NCBI GenBank assembly: GCA_051313645.2
Contig: JBNRSN020000014.1
Span: 8,370,001-8,434,000 of the forward strand
Source: Centroscyllium fabricii
Taxonomy: Eukaryota
Reading direction: 5' to 3'
Length of the DNA: 64,000 nt
Numbering within the stretch: the stretch's first letter is position 1; each line of letters begins with the position of its first letter. A model generated the notes under the pieces. That model searched no databases. It was not told the DNA's origin and saw nothing but the letters and a program-made list of their open reading frames with translations. Below are positions 50,697-64,000 of this stretch, in pieces. Made by a program: the position numbers and the translations under genes.

Positions 50697-50889
50697 CTGT
50701 GTCAGCATCTGTATATCGGCTCAATGACCTTTCGGACGTCCTGTGAACCCTCTCCCTGCGGCGATGGGGCCTTTGTGACTCCTCCGGGATGACCCGTTCT
50801 AGTGAGTAGTCATCCAGCCGCATTCCTTTGGAGCGCTGGTGGCCCAGTGTGGATGCTGACCTCTTAATCGGACTCGTGTCTTCGATAGT
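50697..50889 (-). CDS. CACNA1A: CACNA1A exon 45 equivalent
   Basis: Acceptor catcgcag|ACT and donor ACAG|gtatga; 193 nt, phase 0 to 1. Reads [64 protein letters not shown](G); the phase matches the next exon. Not in the supplied ORF track. Confidence 0.95.
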
Positions 50890-51906
50890 CTGCGATGTAA
50901 AAGAAAATGTATGTGACTTAAAGGAACATGCTGTGGTTGGTAAAAAATAAAATCATGAAACTAGTGTGAAGTGCACAGCGTGTGAAAAGCAACAGGATTG
51001 TGTGGAAACGCACAGCACTTGGAGGGGTGACACATATTGTACAGCCACCTGCGCTAGAAAAATACAGGTTCCTCCATCACTAAAGCTTCCTGTCATGCTC
51101 TCAAATACCAGTCCCTTTTCTGGGGCAAAGCATAAAACTTATAGCATGTCTTATACATACATACACTACCATACACATATATCTATATACATGCCTCCTT
51201 TATATTTATAAAACCATGTATCTTATTAAAAGTTTTACGTCTGTGCACTGTCCTATCCGCAAAACCTTACTTCCTGTCACCAGGTTTTTTTGACCCACTT
51301 GTGTGTCGGATTTTTTTCATTATAAAATGTCCACATTTCCAATGACATCTGCCACACTCGAATTACCCCCTCCTGCCAGTGATGGTGCTGCAGTGCCTCC
51401 ACTGAGGGGGGAGAGCCCCGGTTTTAACCCCAGGTGGATTCCCCACTCAGGCCTGAGTTAAAATTACAGTCGGGTCGCAGTGATGTCATCGGGCCGCGAC
51501 ATGTGTATATGTAAAGAAGGACCCCGTTGGCTCCGGGCGGGTGTCCTTGCTGCCTGCTCAGGAGAGCAGGATAAAATCACAGATGTTGCGATTATGGCGG
51601 CTTTCGGATGGGTAAGAGCCAGGGCAATTTTAACAGCCTGCCCGCCAGGTTTCTGTTGAGTGAGTAGGGTTAAAATCTTTTACAGAGGCAGTTCCGTTAT
51701 AAATATGGACATAGGAATTTATAATGGAAAAATTGACGAAGTGTGGACAAATATATATTGTCAGTAAATATATTGAAGATACGCTAACATACGTGCACTT
51801 ACAGCACTCTAATGCAGTGTACAGATACAAACTATGCAACCCTGAATATACATTATAACTGCACACACACTATCTGTGCATACATTACCTATACATAGTG
51901 TATAAG

Positions 51907-52177
51907 TGTGGTAAACCTGTAATACTGTTTCCCACTGATATACTGTGTTGTATACAGTTACCTCTTGGTTGCCTCTTGTCCCACCTATATCTACCTGGGA
52001 TGTCTCGGTCGGCTCCGCCTCCAGGCTCCACCCACAGGCTGTGGTATAAAGGTGGCAGCCCTGCTGACCTGATGGCATTCCAGGACCAGATTGTGGTAAG
52101 ATCTGTACTCCAGTTCTTTGTTAATAAAAGCCTTAATTACCTAACTCGACCGTTTAGCTGTAATTGATCGTGCATCA
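51907..52177 (+). mobile_element. Solo LTR
   Basis: TG...CA ends, internal TATAAA and AATAAA, and a 5-bp TSD ATAAG at 51902-51906 and 52178-52182. Confidence 0.8.
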
Positions 52178-52844
52178 ATAAGCTTCCTAAACGTGAGACA
52201 AGTTCTAGCTAGAAACAACCTATAAGGTGCAACTACATTCTATACATACTATACCTATACATAGCTTGTAAACTGTGTGTATAGAAAGCATATCTACATG
52301 TATGGTATCTAAACAATCTACACACATAGGCGACAATTTGAACCTAACTCTCCGGGCGGGAATCCCATGAGATTGGGTGGAATGCCGGTTTTACACCCTG
52401 CCCAATTATGACCTCAACGGAGATTGAAATCGGCGGGGTGTAAAACTGGTGTTGCACCCGATATAGTGTCAATTTCCCGACTGGCGAGTTTGGTTAAAAT
52501 AACCCCCATAGTCTATCCATATATTAAAAGTCTTATATATAACACGCATTTTCTGTAAGTGTCACACTTTGTGGCAAACTTAGACATTACATTTCAGTGT
52601 GCCTGTCGTGAGCAGCATCAGAGTTAGTTTTATGTGTTACCTTCTGCACATTCTCTACAGAACTATTTTCTACACATGCAGTATATATACAACCCAAAAT
52701 ATATACCGAACATATACTATTTACAGACATCCTGCCTATATACATGTTGCCAATAAATACCATACAAAAATTATCTAGACATGCTGTCTATACATACATA
52801 TAAGCTATGTATTGATACACAGCCTCTATGTACAGCATATATGT

Positions 52845-53308
52845 TCCCAGTCCCAATACCAGGAGTGTCCGTGCGTTCCCAGTCCTAATACCAGGAGTAT
52901 CCATGCGTTCACAGTCCTAACACCAGGAGTATCTGTGCATTCCCAGTCCGAATACCAGGAGTATCTGTGCATTCACAGTCCCAACACCAGGAGTATCTGT
53001 GTTCTCAGTGCCCAATACCAGGAGTGTCCGTGCAGTCCCAGTGCCAATACATGGGGTGTCCATGCGTTCCCACTGCCCAATACATGGGGTGTCCGTGCAT
53101 TCCCACTGCCCAATACCAGGGGTGTCGTGCGTTCCCACTGCCCAATAAATGGGGTGCCCGTGCGTTCCCACTGCCCAATACTAGGGGTGTCCATGCATTC
53201 CCACTGCCCAATAAATGGGGTGTCCGTGCGTTCCCACTGCCCAATAAATGGGGTGTCCGTGCATTCCCACTGCCCAATACCAGGGGTGTCGTGCGTTCCC
53301 ACTGCCCT
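52845..53308. repeat. 33-bp minisatellite (about 14 copies)
   Basis: Unit ttcccactgcccaataMMWggggtgtccgtgcR; shows as an 11-aa period (AFPLPNKWGVR) in the overlapping ORFs. Confidence 0.92.
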
Positions 53309-56300
53309 TTGCAGGACTGCTTTCCTCTGCTAATTCTTACCTTTTCCTTTAAGGTGCAGTAATAAGACATGAACATTGTATTTGTTCAAAGAATATCAGG
53401 ACACTGTTAGCTGTTTAAAAACCAACATGGTACCAAACCAACAATCCCTTTTGAGCCTAGTGATAGACCGGTATAAAGAGTGCAAGATATTTGCACTGCT
53501 TCCCAAAGGAGTGCGGAAGGAAGCTGTGTGAACCGGTTCCCTTAATGTTCAACATCAAAACATCCAATCCTTTAAGGCTCAACAGTGAGGAAGGAGAAGA
53601 TGCAATTAATACAGGATTTGTATTTGATGTTTTGAACAAGTAGCATGAGAACAGACACTGAGCAATTGAATCCTTTATACATTTGTCACATTCATTAGAT
53701 TATGGGTCAGTGCATTTTGTATTGTATTTACTGAGAGCTGCTGCCTGTGAGTTTTCCTGGTGCAGTCTGGTTCGGAGACTGAACACACAAGGGGGTTGAT
53801 TTTTCACCTGCGCCGTACATCGGCTGGGGGTGGGGGGGGGGGGGGCGGCGGGGGTGAGGAAGAGTGAGTGAAACGCTCACCCAATGATGTCGCCAGCAAG
53901 AGGGTGATCGTCAGGCCTCATTTGCTTTCAACTGGCAAGCTGCCATCACGTTCCGAGCACTGGTAGGCAGCTTGGCACTTTGGTCCGCTGGATTTCTCAC
54001 CCACCCATTCACTGAGCACGGGCCTGCAGCAAGGGATTAAAGGAAGGGCTGGGCCAATCGAGGGGAGGGTTGGCATCAGAGAGGACGAATAATAGTGAGG
54101 GGCAGGGAGGGTAATTATGCTCATATTTGTCTTAAAAAGTGCCAAATAAATTATTTTTGATTGTTCGCGGATCTGTTTCCAATGATGCCTTTAAGGGACA
54201 CCCTTTCTGACCGTTTCTTGCTCTGTGTACTGGGCAGGTTCAGAACTCAGCAGGCACTGCATTTAATGGCACCAAAATGACACTGGGATCCCAACAACAT
54301 CATAAAACCTCGATTTTACATTTAATAGTAAGGCTGTTTCCAGCAAAGCATTCGACGCCTAAATCGAGGTCCTCTTGAAAGGGCAGCGGACAGGCCTTGG
54401 TTGGGAAGTTGGCTGCTAGTTTCACTTTTGTTATTTTGATCTCCCACCTGTGGCCCATTTCCTGTGGAAAAATGGTGCGGTAGCGAGACTGAAATTGGGT
54501 CTAATGAGTGCTTTGGCCATTTTAGCATGCCCTCATGCACTAAAGTGTCTCAGTTATTTCTCCGTATTGGAGCAAGTTGCAATAATGAGAGTTTGCACTG
54601 GAGTGCTTGGGGTACAGTATGCCTGAAGCAATGGGATGGATATAGGTTTGATGTGCCCACTCCACTGTGCTCATGATCGCAGCTGTGTTTCTGTGAGGAT
54701 GCACCATGTGAGGACCAGAGGCCCCATGGATAATACACTCACCTCAGGCACTCGCATGCCTTCTCATGCTCGCTTTAGGGTTGCAGGAACGAGCGCGCTA
54801 GAAGCTCTTGGCTTTGATCAGACAGGAAGCAAGGAATTTGGAACCAAAGAGGGGGATATTCCCAAAGGTGTGGGAACCTGGCGGGGATTGGTCGGGTTGG
54901 GTTTCTGTCCCGCCCGCCCAAGGGCCTGGAAACCCGACGCAATTTTGCCTAAATTGATCGATTAAATCCCCGCGTGCGGGGAGCCCCTTGCAGTTACCTG
55001 ACTCGAGTCGGCAATCAAGGCGCTGCAGCGGGGAGCGAGGACTTCGACTGACAGTTGTATGGACTGTCTGTTGACAGTTGCCATGGAAACACTCCATTGT
55101 GACATCACAATGGAGTACAACCAATCGCAAAGCCCAAGTGGTTTGAGTGACAGGTGGACGGTCCCGCTGGAAATCTTTTAGAGTTAGGGACCTTCTCTCA
55201 ATCCATCTGTCAAGGTAAGTTTTTAAAGTGTTTTCTTCACAGATGGCCCTCAGAAAAGAGAGTCACTTACACCTCCAGGGTGTTGAAGGCCTGGAAAGCA
55301 TTCTGCTCTCGGTCCTTCAATGCCTTGAAGGTGAAAGTGACCAAGGCCACTGTGTTCCCATTGGGTTTCACCAGCGGGGTTTCAAAATGGCGGAGTTTGG
55401 GTGGGAAAGGGTTTAAAATAGGTGAGGGCCCTTAAAATGGCATTATCCAGTCCAATTAAGGGCCCTCAATGACCTCAACGAGCATCCCCGCCGGTGGCGG
55501 GTGGGAAAGATTCAGGACGGCGGGACATGCCGCCCGAAACTTACGATCCAGCGGGGGGTCGGGACCCCCCGGTTCCGTGATTTTAGGCCCCACCCCACCG
55601 GAAAGCCGCCCTCATGGACCCGCAAAAATCCTCCCCATTGTTTTACTTTTACAAATATTTTACTGCATTTAAAGTTTCCTTTTGAGGGGCACGCTTCCCT
55701 CAATTTTTCTACCCGTCGTCTCCAATGGGCTGTGCTCTGGGTCTGGTGGGCAACTTTTACTCAGGCCTCTATTGTTGAGTGAGCTGGCTCTCCGGCGGTA
55801 TGGAAGAGGGTGACGTCCACAGATATCCCCTCCGCTATGCCTCGCATCCTGACCGAGATTGGGCACTTGGTGCAGTGAGGGAGCTCGTGTCATGCTCAAA
55901 CCTATATCCCACCGCTCCAGAGCAATGCTCAGTGGGCCTTCAATGTGCTGGGTCTGCTCCCCACCTACGTCAACAGTTTTACAACAGCTCTCATCCAATC
56001 AGATTCATCATATTTCATATCCATAATCTAATGATGGACATACGCTGTAAAACAGAATTTACAAACATTTCCACTGATTCTTCACAATAATGGAAATGTT
56101 TATAGATTGTGTATAATTGTTGGATGGTGTGGGATTATTTGGACTGCACCGTTAGTGTTCTTTTATTTCAATCAAGCATCAAGATGGCACATTTTGATAT
56201 CGGTCTATCACTATCGTATAAATTGAACTTTGTTTACTCCCTCCCCTTACGACAAAGTTTAAAAAAAATCAAAGCTGTTCGTCAAACAGTTAAAGACCAC

Positions 56301-57429
56301 GTCACATGCTGGTGCTGAGTTTTTTAAGAGGTACATCATGCGGTAACATTCCAGCAAGTTCTCAGGAACATGCACTCCTTCAGCTGGTTTCTCAGCGGCC
56401 CACAATCTCTCCTAAACCAAAATGAAGTCAAGCTTTAAAACACCTGATTGGATACAAGGTCCTTGTCATGCGCACTATCGAAAGGGCACGTTCAGTTGTC
56501 ATCGCATTAGATTTTGCTTTTAAAGAGAAATTTATACAGGGTAATGGAATCCCCAATGGATCAGTGGATATGTACATTGGCTGGTGTGGCACTGAACCAC
56601 GAGACCAGCAAGGGTCCAGGTTCAACACCTGGTCTGCATTGAGTTATCTCGGTCAGTGAGAAAGGGACAATTTGCCTCAGGTACACGGCACTGCCACAGA
56701 GTGGGGGTAGCTTTGAACTGTGTTCCTCTCACCTCCTGACGTAAATGGAGGGGTGCTGATGGAGTCTGTGACTTGCAGCAGGATGAGGCAGCGGCGGGGG
56801 GGTGGGGTGTGCTGGGGAAGCCTGAGGGGAGAGTCACGGCTGGGCAATTCCTGGCACCGCTCAGGTTATAAGGGAAGCGGGCAGCTGCTGTCTTGGCTGC
56901 AGAATATCAGACCGGAGGGACGAAAAAATGAGAGAGAGAAAAGTTAACAAGGGAGGTGAAAAATACAAAAAAGAATTAAAAGAAAACCCACAAGACTCTC
57001 ATGCCTGAATACCTCTGACACCTGCCATTAAAATAATTTAAAACGCGTTGTGTAATAATAGGCAGTGCGCATACATAACAACATATTAATGTAAAAAAGT
57101 ACCCAGGGAGTAATTTCTAGAAACAGAGCTGTTTAAGTACCATGGCATATTAAAGGGCCATTCTCTTCATGAAGAAAACATTTGGCAAACATTTTATTCT
57201 TCGGGGAAGAGTTGCATGATCTGTGTGTCACTTTTTTGTCACAATTATACATTTCAATATGTCTACAAACAATTATTTGGGAGGGGCGCGGGGGGGAGTG
57301 ATCATTTAACAACTGAACAGGCCCTTTATGGGAGACACCAGCAAGTTCCACGCTTGGCAAAATGAAACTTAAGAGACAGACAAGAGTAATCAAAACACAA
57401 GAGAAGAGAGACTAAGACAGGGTACATAC

Positions 57430-57465
57430 ACTGAGGTTATTTCCACGGTTCCGCACTTTTCTCCT
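57430..57465 (-). CDS. CACNA1A: CACNA1A 36-nt cassette exon (exon 44 equivalent)
   Basis: tgttagcag|AGGAGAAAAGTGCGGAACCGTGGAAATAACCTCAGT|gtatgt encodes RRKVRNRGNNLS, compared with human exon 44 RRRGRPRGNNLS. Same 36-nt length, phase 0-0, long upstream pyrimidine tract. Confidence 0.92.
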
Positions 57466-59133
57466 CTGCTAACAGCCACGCAAGAGGGTGCATACCGAGA
57501 AGGGCAGAAAAAAAACACAACAGACAGGGAACAGAGAGGGGAGGAGGCAGAGACAGGACAGGCGTGACAGGAAATGGTAGCAAGAAGACCCCACAACAAA
57601 AAACGAAAAGGGAAACATGAAAAGACAAAACCGAGAAACAAGACAGCAACAAGAATGTCCAGGGTTTTGGAACGACACAGGCAAGGAAAATGAGGGGTTG
57701 TTAAAATAACACAGTTGGGTTTTTAAAAAACAAAACACATAAGAGAAAAAAAGGGAAGAAGGAAACAAAGCACAAAGATATAACAGTTATACAACAAGCA
57801 GGTAGCAAGAGCAGAATAGAAAACACCTGACTGTTTAAAGAGAAGGGGTTAGGCCAGACCAACAGGATTTCTTCAATTTGAAAGACTGATTTTTTTGGGC
57901 GGCGGAGAAGGGCTAACATTATTTGAGAATTTATGTTCCACAGTAAAACAAATCTTGCGTTTTTTTAGGAACAGAGGAGAGGCTGGTCCCCAAGTTCAGA
58001 AGAACCTGTACATCATTTCTCCTGCTCCTTAATCCTTTTCTCGGCCAAATCTCTCTGGTTCTTCCTTGCCACACCACCAGCTTCTCACACCTCCCCAGCT
58101 TGCAGTCTGTTCCACTTGGGCACGATACTGTGGGGCAGTTGGAACTGTACCCTAGCATGAACCAACATGTTCAGGAGAGGATCGAAATATTGGAGGTGGA
58201 ATTAAAAAAAAAAAAAGAAACGTGAGGAATGTGAGGTCCGGGAAATGGAACATGTTTCTATTTGTGACACCTAAGCCTCGATTGATTTTTTTTTTTACCT
58301 AACCCGCCCAGCGGGAACGGGGGTGGGCTAGGATTGGACACCCATTTCACACCTTTTCCGATATCACTCGTCGTTGACATCATTCCGTTCTTGCCGAGAG
58401 GGATAGGTTAAAATCAGGGCTCCGGTGTCACTATCCAGCAGCCCCGCATCGGGTACAGATGGGATTATCTGCGTCAACCTAAAACATATTTCAATTTTTC
58501 ACACCTGCCTTGTGGACTTTGAGTGAGACTGACAATAAAGTATCAATTAGTGCTGAATTCTGGGTACTGGTGAGGAGTTGCACCCACTAAAAAACTAGTT
58601 TGATACTTCCCCCAAACCCCAGCTGATACACAGGAGACTTTTATCCTATTCATTTGGGTTGTACTTGACTCAGGTTCCAGAGGTAATGCAAACTTCCAGC
58701 AGGGAGTACTGAATAATGAGATAACCCTGACTGATGGCTCCCTCCTTAACCCAGGGACAGTGAGGGTAATTGTAGCGTTTCCACTAATTGTAGTGAGCTC
58801 ACTAATGGTGGAGACTCGGCATTGACTCAGGCCTTGCTGGTCTGTGTGCCTCCGTGGCAGATTAGGCAGGATAATTACGACCCAAACCAAAGCTCCAATG
58901 TAATTTATTCAATTCACTCTGTCTATATCTCTGCAGTCCACTCTGTGGCCAAGCATGGGCAGCCAACCGGCTCTCAGGCTCTGCCAACTTTGCTCTTGAA
59001 CAGGTGGATAGGAGATGCAGGTGAGCTGCCCGACAGCGACAAATCCTTTCTTTTCTTCCTTCTATACGGGAAAATGCTTCATCTACCACAGGGGCCACAC
59101 TATCAGCTCCTGCATGTGTACAGGAAATACATT

Positions 59134-62100
59134 GGGCTCGATTTTGCCAGTGTGGGCGGGCTGGGGCGTGTCGGGTGGCATTCGTGTCAGGACCCTGACT
59201 CCGAAGTCAAGTGGGGAAAAAGTTGCGATTTTTCCCCTAATTGGGCAATTGATTTTCAGCGTGTGGGAACCCCTGGCCCAGTGAGTCTTTTCATCCAGAA
59301 AGTCGCCTCCGATGACGTCATCAATGATGCTGGATTTAAGGCCTGCAAGCAGCCTTGCTTTTGGAGACTGCAAACTTTATGGCCATTGTAGTAAGCACTT
59401 CATTGATCGACTATGTCCACCAGTAGGCCAAAGTGTGCTCCACGCTTTGATGAGCCCTCCCTTCAAGCTCTGGTGGAGGGAGCAAGATCCAATAAGGAGG
59501 TGCTTTTCCCTTCCTCAGGGAGAAAAAAGCCACGCCAGCAGATTAAAGCTGTGTGGCTGCAAGTGGCCTAAGGTCAACTCCATATCGATGAGCCGCAGAA
59601 CCTGGCTGCAATGCAGGAAGAGGTTTCATGACCTTCTCCGTACAGGAAAAGTGAGCATGACTTTCCCATCTCCCTCAATCTGATCCCCATTGCCTCTCCT
59701 CTCCAGCGCTCTGCTTTGCCAACCTCTTCCTCCACATCCCACTTGACATTTAGATCCCTGCACCCTTATCCATTGGCTCTCTATGGTCACATTCACTTAA
59801 CTATTCGACCGTGCAGCCACTGCACTCCTTATCACTGTGATGCAATGACAACAACTTACAACACACAGGGAGGGCCCTTTGTCTCCTTCTAAGCATCTAT
59901 GCTATGGATTCTCTACACTCACTCCTTAATTCTCACTCAAACTCCACTTGTGTCCCTCATTGCAGATAAAGAGAGCCCACAATAAGAGGGAAAGAGCCAT
60001 GACCGGTCAGCCTCAGTAGCCCAGCTCACCGTCTGGGAGGAGGCGGTCCTGGAAATCGCCGGGATCGAGGACGATTCCCAAGTGGGGAACGGACAGGAGG
60101 GCGCATCACAGCAAGCCGGTGACACAATAGTTTGGCATCTCTCTCATCGACATTGCATGAGTGACTGATAATGAATCTGATGCTCTAACAGATTGACTTA
60201 TGATCGTCTGCACCATTCAATGTGCATGTAACCTTGACTTCACATCACTAACTCTTTCCTTTACTCCCCCACAGGACCATTGAGAGCCCCCATCCTCACT
60301 ATCCAGGAGGAAGAGCCTGAGCTTCCAGAGTCCTCAGAGGAAGCTGCAACCTCTGAGGGCGTAGCCTCAGCAGAATTCAGTGCACCCAGCATCAGCGCAG
60401 ACACTCACACATCGGTGGGACCTTTGTGAGATAGAGTAATGTTGTCACCTGGTGTATCACATCTTACAAGTGCGCATCAGCAGATGGTGGAGACAGGGAC
60501 AGCAGTGGAGAGTCCTTGGCGGAGGGCGCATATGGACCCTGTGCCTCCGGGTCCATGCAGAAGGACAGCGGTGCTGGAACTCCAGGAACAGGTGCAGGAG
60601 TCTTTGGCAGGTTTTGTCTCCGGGGTCGCTGCGAGTGTGGAGCGAATGGAGGAGTCCATCGCGAACATGAGCAGAGCCTTTGTGGAGGCATTGGCGCATG
60701 AACGCATCGCAGCGGAAAGGATACCATAGAGGAGAGGATGGCTATGGCCATGGAGGAGCTTAGTCGCCAGGGTCTTGACAACATGGTCATTGTTCAGAAT
60801 AGAATGTCATCTCTTGAGGAGCAATGGTCAGCTATTGAGCATACAAACCAGACCTTCATGGAAGTCCTCTGGAGCAAAAACGGGTCCTCATGCCCCCCCT
60901 GCAGTGCAGCAAGCTACTGTCAAGCCACCTGCTAACTCTGAAGTGGGGCTGACCCATGAGAGGGATGTTGGTGGCAGACAACAAGGAAGTGGGGGCTCCT
61001 CTACAAGCGCTCACACGACCATGCCACTGCAAAGCCCTTGGTCAGAGCCCCACCAGAGTCCTCACCCAACTGAGATGGGTGTCTCAGCCCCTGCACAGCT
61101 GCAGGAGCAGCAGACTGATGTCGAGCCCTCACAGGTTCGCAACCCCAGAGGACGCCCGCCAAAAATGTCGAGACAGGACCAGCAAGAAAGTAAGCAAGGG
61201 GCCACCACATCTGCTGAAGCCACAGGGGAAGCACCATGTAGGAGCACGCATAGACGAAGATAAAGCACAAGTAGTCACAAGGGTAGTCACTTGGATGTTG
61301 TGATGTATTGTTTTTTGACCAGCCATCCATGTCATGGTATCATTAACAGATTTGATGTCAAACTGTTGAAGTCGTGGCCTGTGTCATTTCGCAAATGGGA
61401 CTTCCACATTGAGGGCTTAGGACGACTTGCAATTGTCAGTATGGTGGTCAGAGTAATAGGAATCCGCAGGTTCTTGTCCATTGTCAATGGTCTGGTATGA
61501 AGGTGCGAGGCAAAAGTGTCTGATTGTGCAGGCTAAGCAAATCTGGCCAAGATGAGTGCATCCCGGGCAGCAATGTGGTCGCACTCTGGCGCCTTCTGGC
61601 CTGTGCAGCTTCAGGTGGGTGAGCAGCAGCTTGGCGCTCCTGCTGTTGCTGCTGCTGTTGTTCCTGGTTCTGCGGCTGGTCTTCGTCCGAATCTGATGTC
61701 CAGGAGGAAAGGAAATAAATGGTTCCCATGATTCTGGTATATGCCTCAGTTGAGGACGCGCTCAGTCAAGGTGGGGAGTGGGGTTTCCCAGCAGGTCACA
61801 CTGGAGATGGCTGTCAGGCTCCAAACTTCCACAACAATGAGTAGGCCTGTTAAAAGCTCCCCCAGACCTGAGACAACAAAGTTCTGCCACCTGCAAATGA
61901 TGTTTGCTGAAAACTCCTTTTTAATGGTGGAGCTGCAGCTGTTAGTAAGCAATCCACTTGTGAGGCGGCCAGGATTACCTGGCGTGTTCCAGAGGAGGTG
62001 TGTAGAACGGGGGAAATGTCTAAAAATCAGAAAGGCCTCTCAAAATAGGATTATAGAGGCAATTAAATGGTTGTTAAGGGCCTTAAGTGCCTATTCCGCC

Positions 62101-62249
62101 TCTTGGAGGTGGATTGGAAACGGGGTCTGAAAACACAAATGTGGGAAAATTGCTCGGCGGCGGGATTGGGCTCAGCTGCCATTTTGGGCGATTTTTAACA
62201 ACTCACACGCCTGCAAACCCGCCTCTTCAGGCCTGGTAAAATCGAGCCC
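59134..62249. mobile_element. Harbinger DNA transposon, internally deleted, with Myb/SANT-like gene remnant
   Basis: TIRs GGGCTCGATTTTGCCAG / CTGGTAAAATCGAGCCC (16/17 match) and a 3-bp TSD ATT. Plus-strand exon remnant KVNSISMSRRTWLQCRKRFHDLLRTGK|gtgagc, next exon KRAHNKRERAMTG. Confidence 0.85.
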
Positions 62250-62736
62250 ATTGTAAAGGGTAAGCTTTTCATCGTGTCTGGTATTGTGCAGCTCCTGTAT
62301 GTCCGCGCACCTACACACGCATAGTTCACAGTGCATGAAAAGCAATGGTTCACTACCATCTGGTACCATCTATTCAACTCTGAGCTGAGCTTGGGACCTC
62401 ATATCCACTCCATCACAAAGACCACTAAGATTCCCTATTCGTGTGTGTATATATATATATTTATTTATATATATATTAGGTAGGACTAGGATTTGGTTTA
62501 ATCTCATATGATTAAGCTTTTTACTTTCTTTTTAACTTGTGGATGACTTGTGGATTTGGACTGTAGCTAGAAATAAGGAAATGGTTAAACTGTTCATTTC
62601 CAGGATGCTTTAGGGTTTGATGTATTTAGCTGACTGTGCTGTTGAGATGAAGGATGTGTGATTTATGCCTGCTGATTAAAACTTTGTCAATACATTTTGC
62701 AACAATGGGCCCAAGATGGTAACCAAGTTGACATCT

Positions 62737-63609
62737 GGGGCAGGATTTTCCTCGGGCCGTGAGGCGGGTTTCTGGGCGGGACTGCAATGAAAATAGCAGA
62801 AATGGGGGTCCGCAACCCCTCCCGCCGCCTTCCCGCTCGCTTGTCAATTTCACCCGGTGGGTCCGGTCGGCCCGCCTCAGTCCCACCCAGTATCGATGGG
62901 GATGCTCGTTAGGCTCATTAGGGGCCCTTAATTGGCATCAGTATTGCCATTTTAAGGGCCCATTGCTACTTTGACCCTCTTCCCACCCAGAACCCGCCTG
63001 GTGGGAACACTGCCGTTGAAAGCTGGCGAGCACCCAATCGGCTGGGTGACTGCCACCTTCAAGGCATGGGAAGCAGTGGCCACACAGCTGGAGGTGTAAC
63101 TGGCACCCAAGGGTGCCAAACCTCAGTGCTCAAAGACCTTAAAATCACTTACCTACCAGCTGCATCCCACTCACTCACAGACATCGCGCTGCGAGCTGTG
63201 TCTGTGAAGCAAAGCAGCTCCACTGTCAATCACCCAATGGATCAGTTTCTGTTTACATTCCACTGAAACCACAAACCGAGGCAGCCTACATAAAGCTGTC
63301 ACTCTTAGATTTGTGATTTCATCTGTTGACATAGCATTAGGACATCATAATGCCCTGAAACCACAGAAAGAGAAACACCAAGCCTATCACTACAGCTGCC
63401 AATCATTGGCTCTGCTGCTGACACAGGTCAAAGCCCGCCCAGTTTCTGGGCAAAATCCCTCAATTGCTAGGATCTTCCCATACTCGGGGACTTAATTGGC
63501 CAATTAAGCCAACATTGTGTGGGGATTCCACATCCTTCAGAAAGTGGGAAGATAGAGTGATCAGTGGGGATCCCACCCATTTCCCACATCTTCAGGAAAA
63601 TCCAGCCCC
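62737..63609. mobile_element. Harbinger-type MITE
   Basis: Imperfect TIRs GGGGCAGGATTTTCC / GGAAAATCCAGCCCC. Similar GGG...ATTTT-ended fragments near 52330-52508, 53790, 54850-55636 and 58280-58420. Confidence 0.65.
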
Positions 63610-64000
63610 CGGTGTTTTGACAGGAATAACCACATTTCTGGGAGTCTTGTTCACAATAACTGTAACCATGGCATAATAAATCATCAAGGACAGAGTGCAT
63701 GACTAGAGGCCGATAAAGATCCTGAGCTGTCCTTAACAATTTGTAGAGAGAGAGACGAGAACGAAAGGTTCGATGAAGGTTATAGACGCGAAATTCGGTA
63801 GCGCCCCGTTTCGGGACAGTAAGGCTGACGAGGCGAGACATCCTGCGACTGGCGAGAAAATTCCACCCCGGTTGCGAATTCGCCTTACTGCCCTGCCCAG
63901 GAAGTGGGGCACAATGTCGGGCGCGCCACTTCCTGCTGGGGCGGTAACCGAGGCGATGTTGGGGCACGATCAGCAGCACTCCGTGGGGGCTCCACGGAGC

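Noticed and set aside
52812-53376. Repetitive ORFs on both strands
   Set aside because: Translations of a 33-bp minisatellite.
58006-58151. Possible extra CACNA1A exon (atgctag|GG...CAG|gttctt)
   Set aside because: The donor is weak, the required phase-0 frame hits a stop, and it does not resemble Cav2.1. The exon 43 equivalent was not found and probably lies beyond 64000.
61484-61729. PolyQ-containing ORF as a host gene or CACNA1A exon
   Set aside because: It lies inside the Harbinger TIRs and has no Cav2.1 similarity.

Overview
This is eukaryotic vertebrate DNA, most likely from a shark or other elasmobranch, judging by an HE1-type V-SINE and shark-type CR1, Penelope and Harbinger repeats. 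The minus strand carries the last four coding exons of CACNA1A (Cav2.1 P/Q-type calcium channel alpha-1A; exons 44-47 in human numbering) at 57430-57465, 50697-50889, 38829-39064 and 16973-17605. The tandem TAG|GGCAG|TAG acceptor of exon 47 is conserved, and there is a short (CAG)5 tract at the SCA6-equivalent position. The introns and downstream flank are packed with repeats: a CsRn1-type Gypsy LTR element with two nested insertions, CR1 and L2 fragments, Penelope-like elements carrying minimal hammerhead ribozyme motifs, a 5S rRNA-derived SINE, Harbinger elements, a solo LTR and a 5.7 kb array of a 26-bp satellite. The most striking observation is a Penelope-like element inserted into the exon 46 3' splice site. 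Its 15-bp target-site duplication copies the acceptor and creates an AG|GT junction that could allow the element to be removed by recursive splicing. No prokaryotic systems (CRISPR, operons) are supported, and most short ORFs in the supplied track are spurious or derived from repeats. All calls were made by eye, with no database search.
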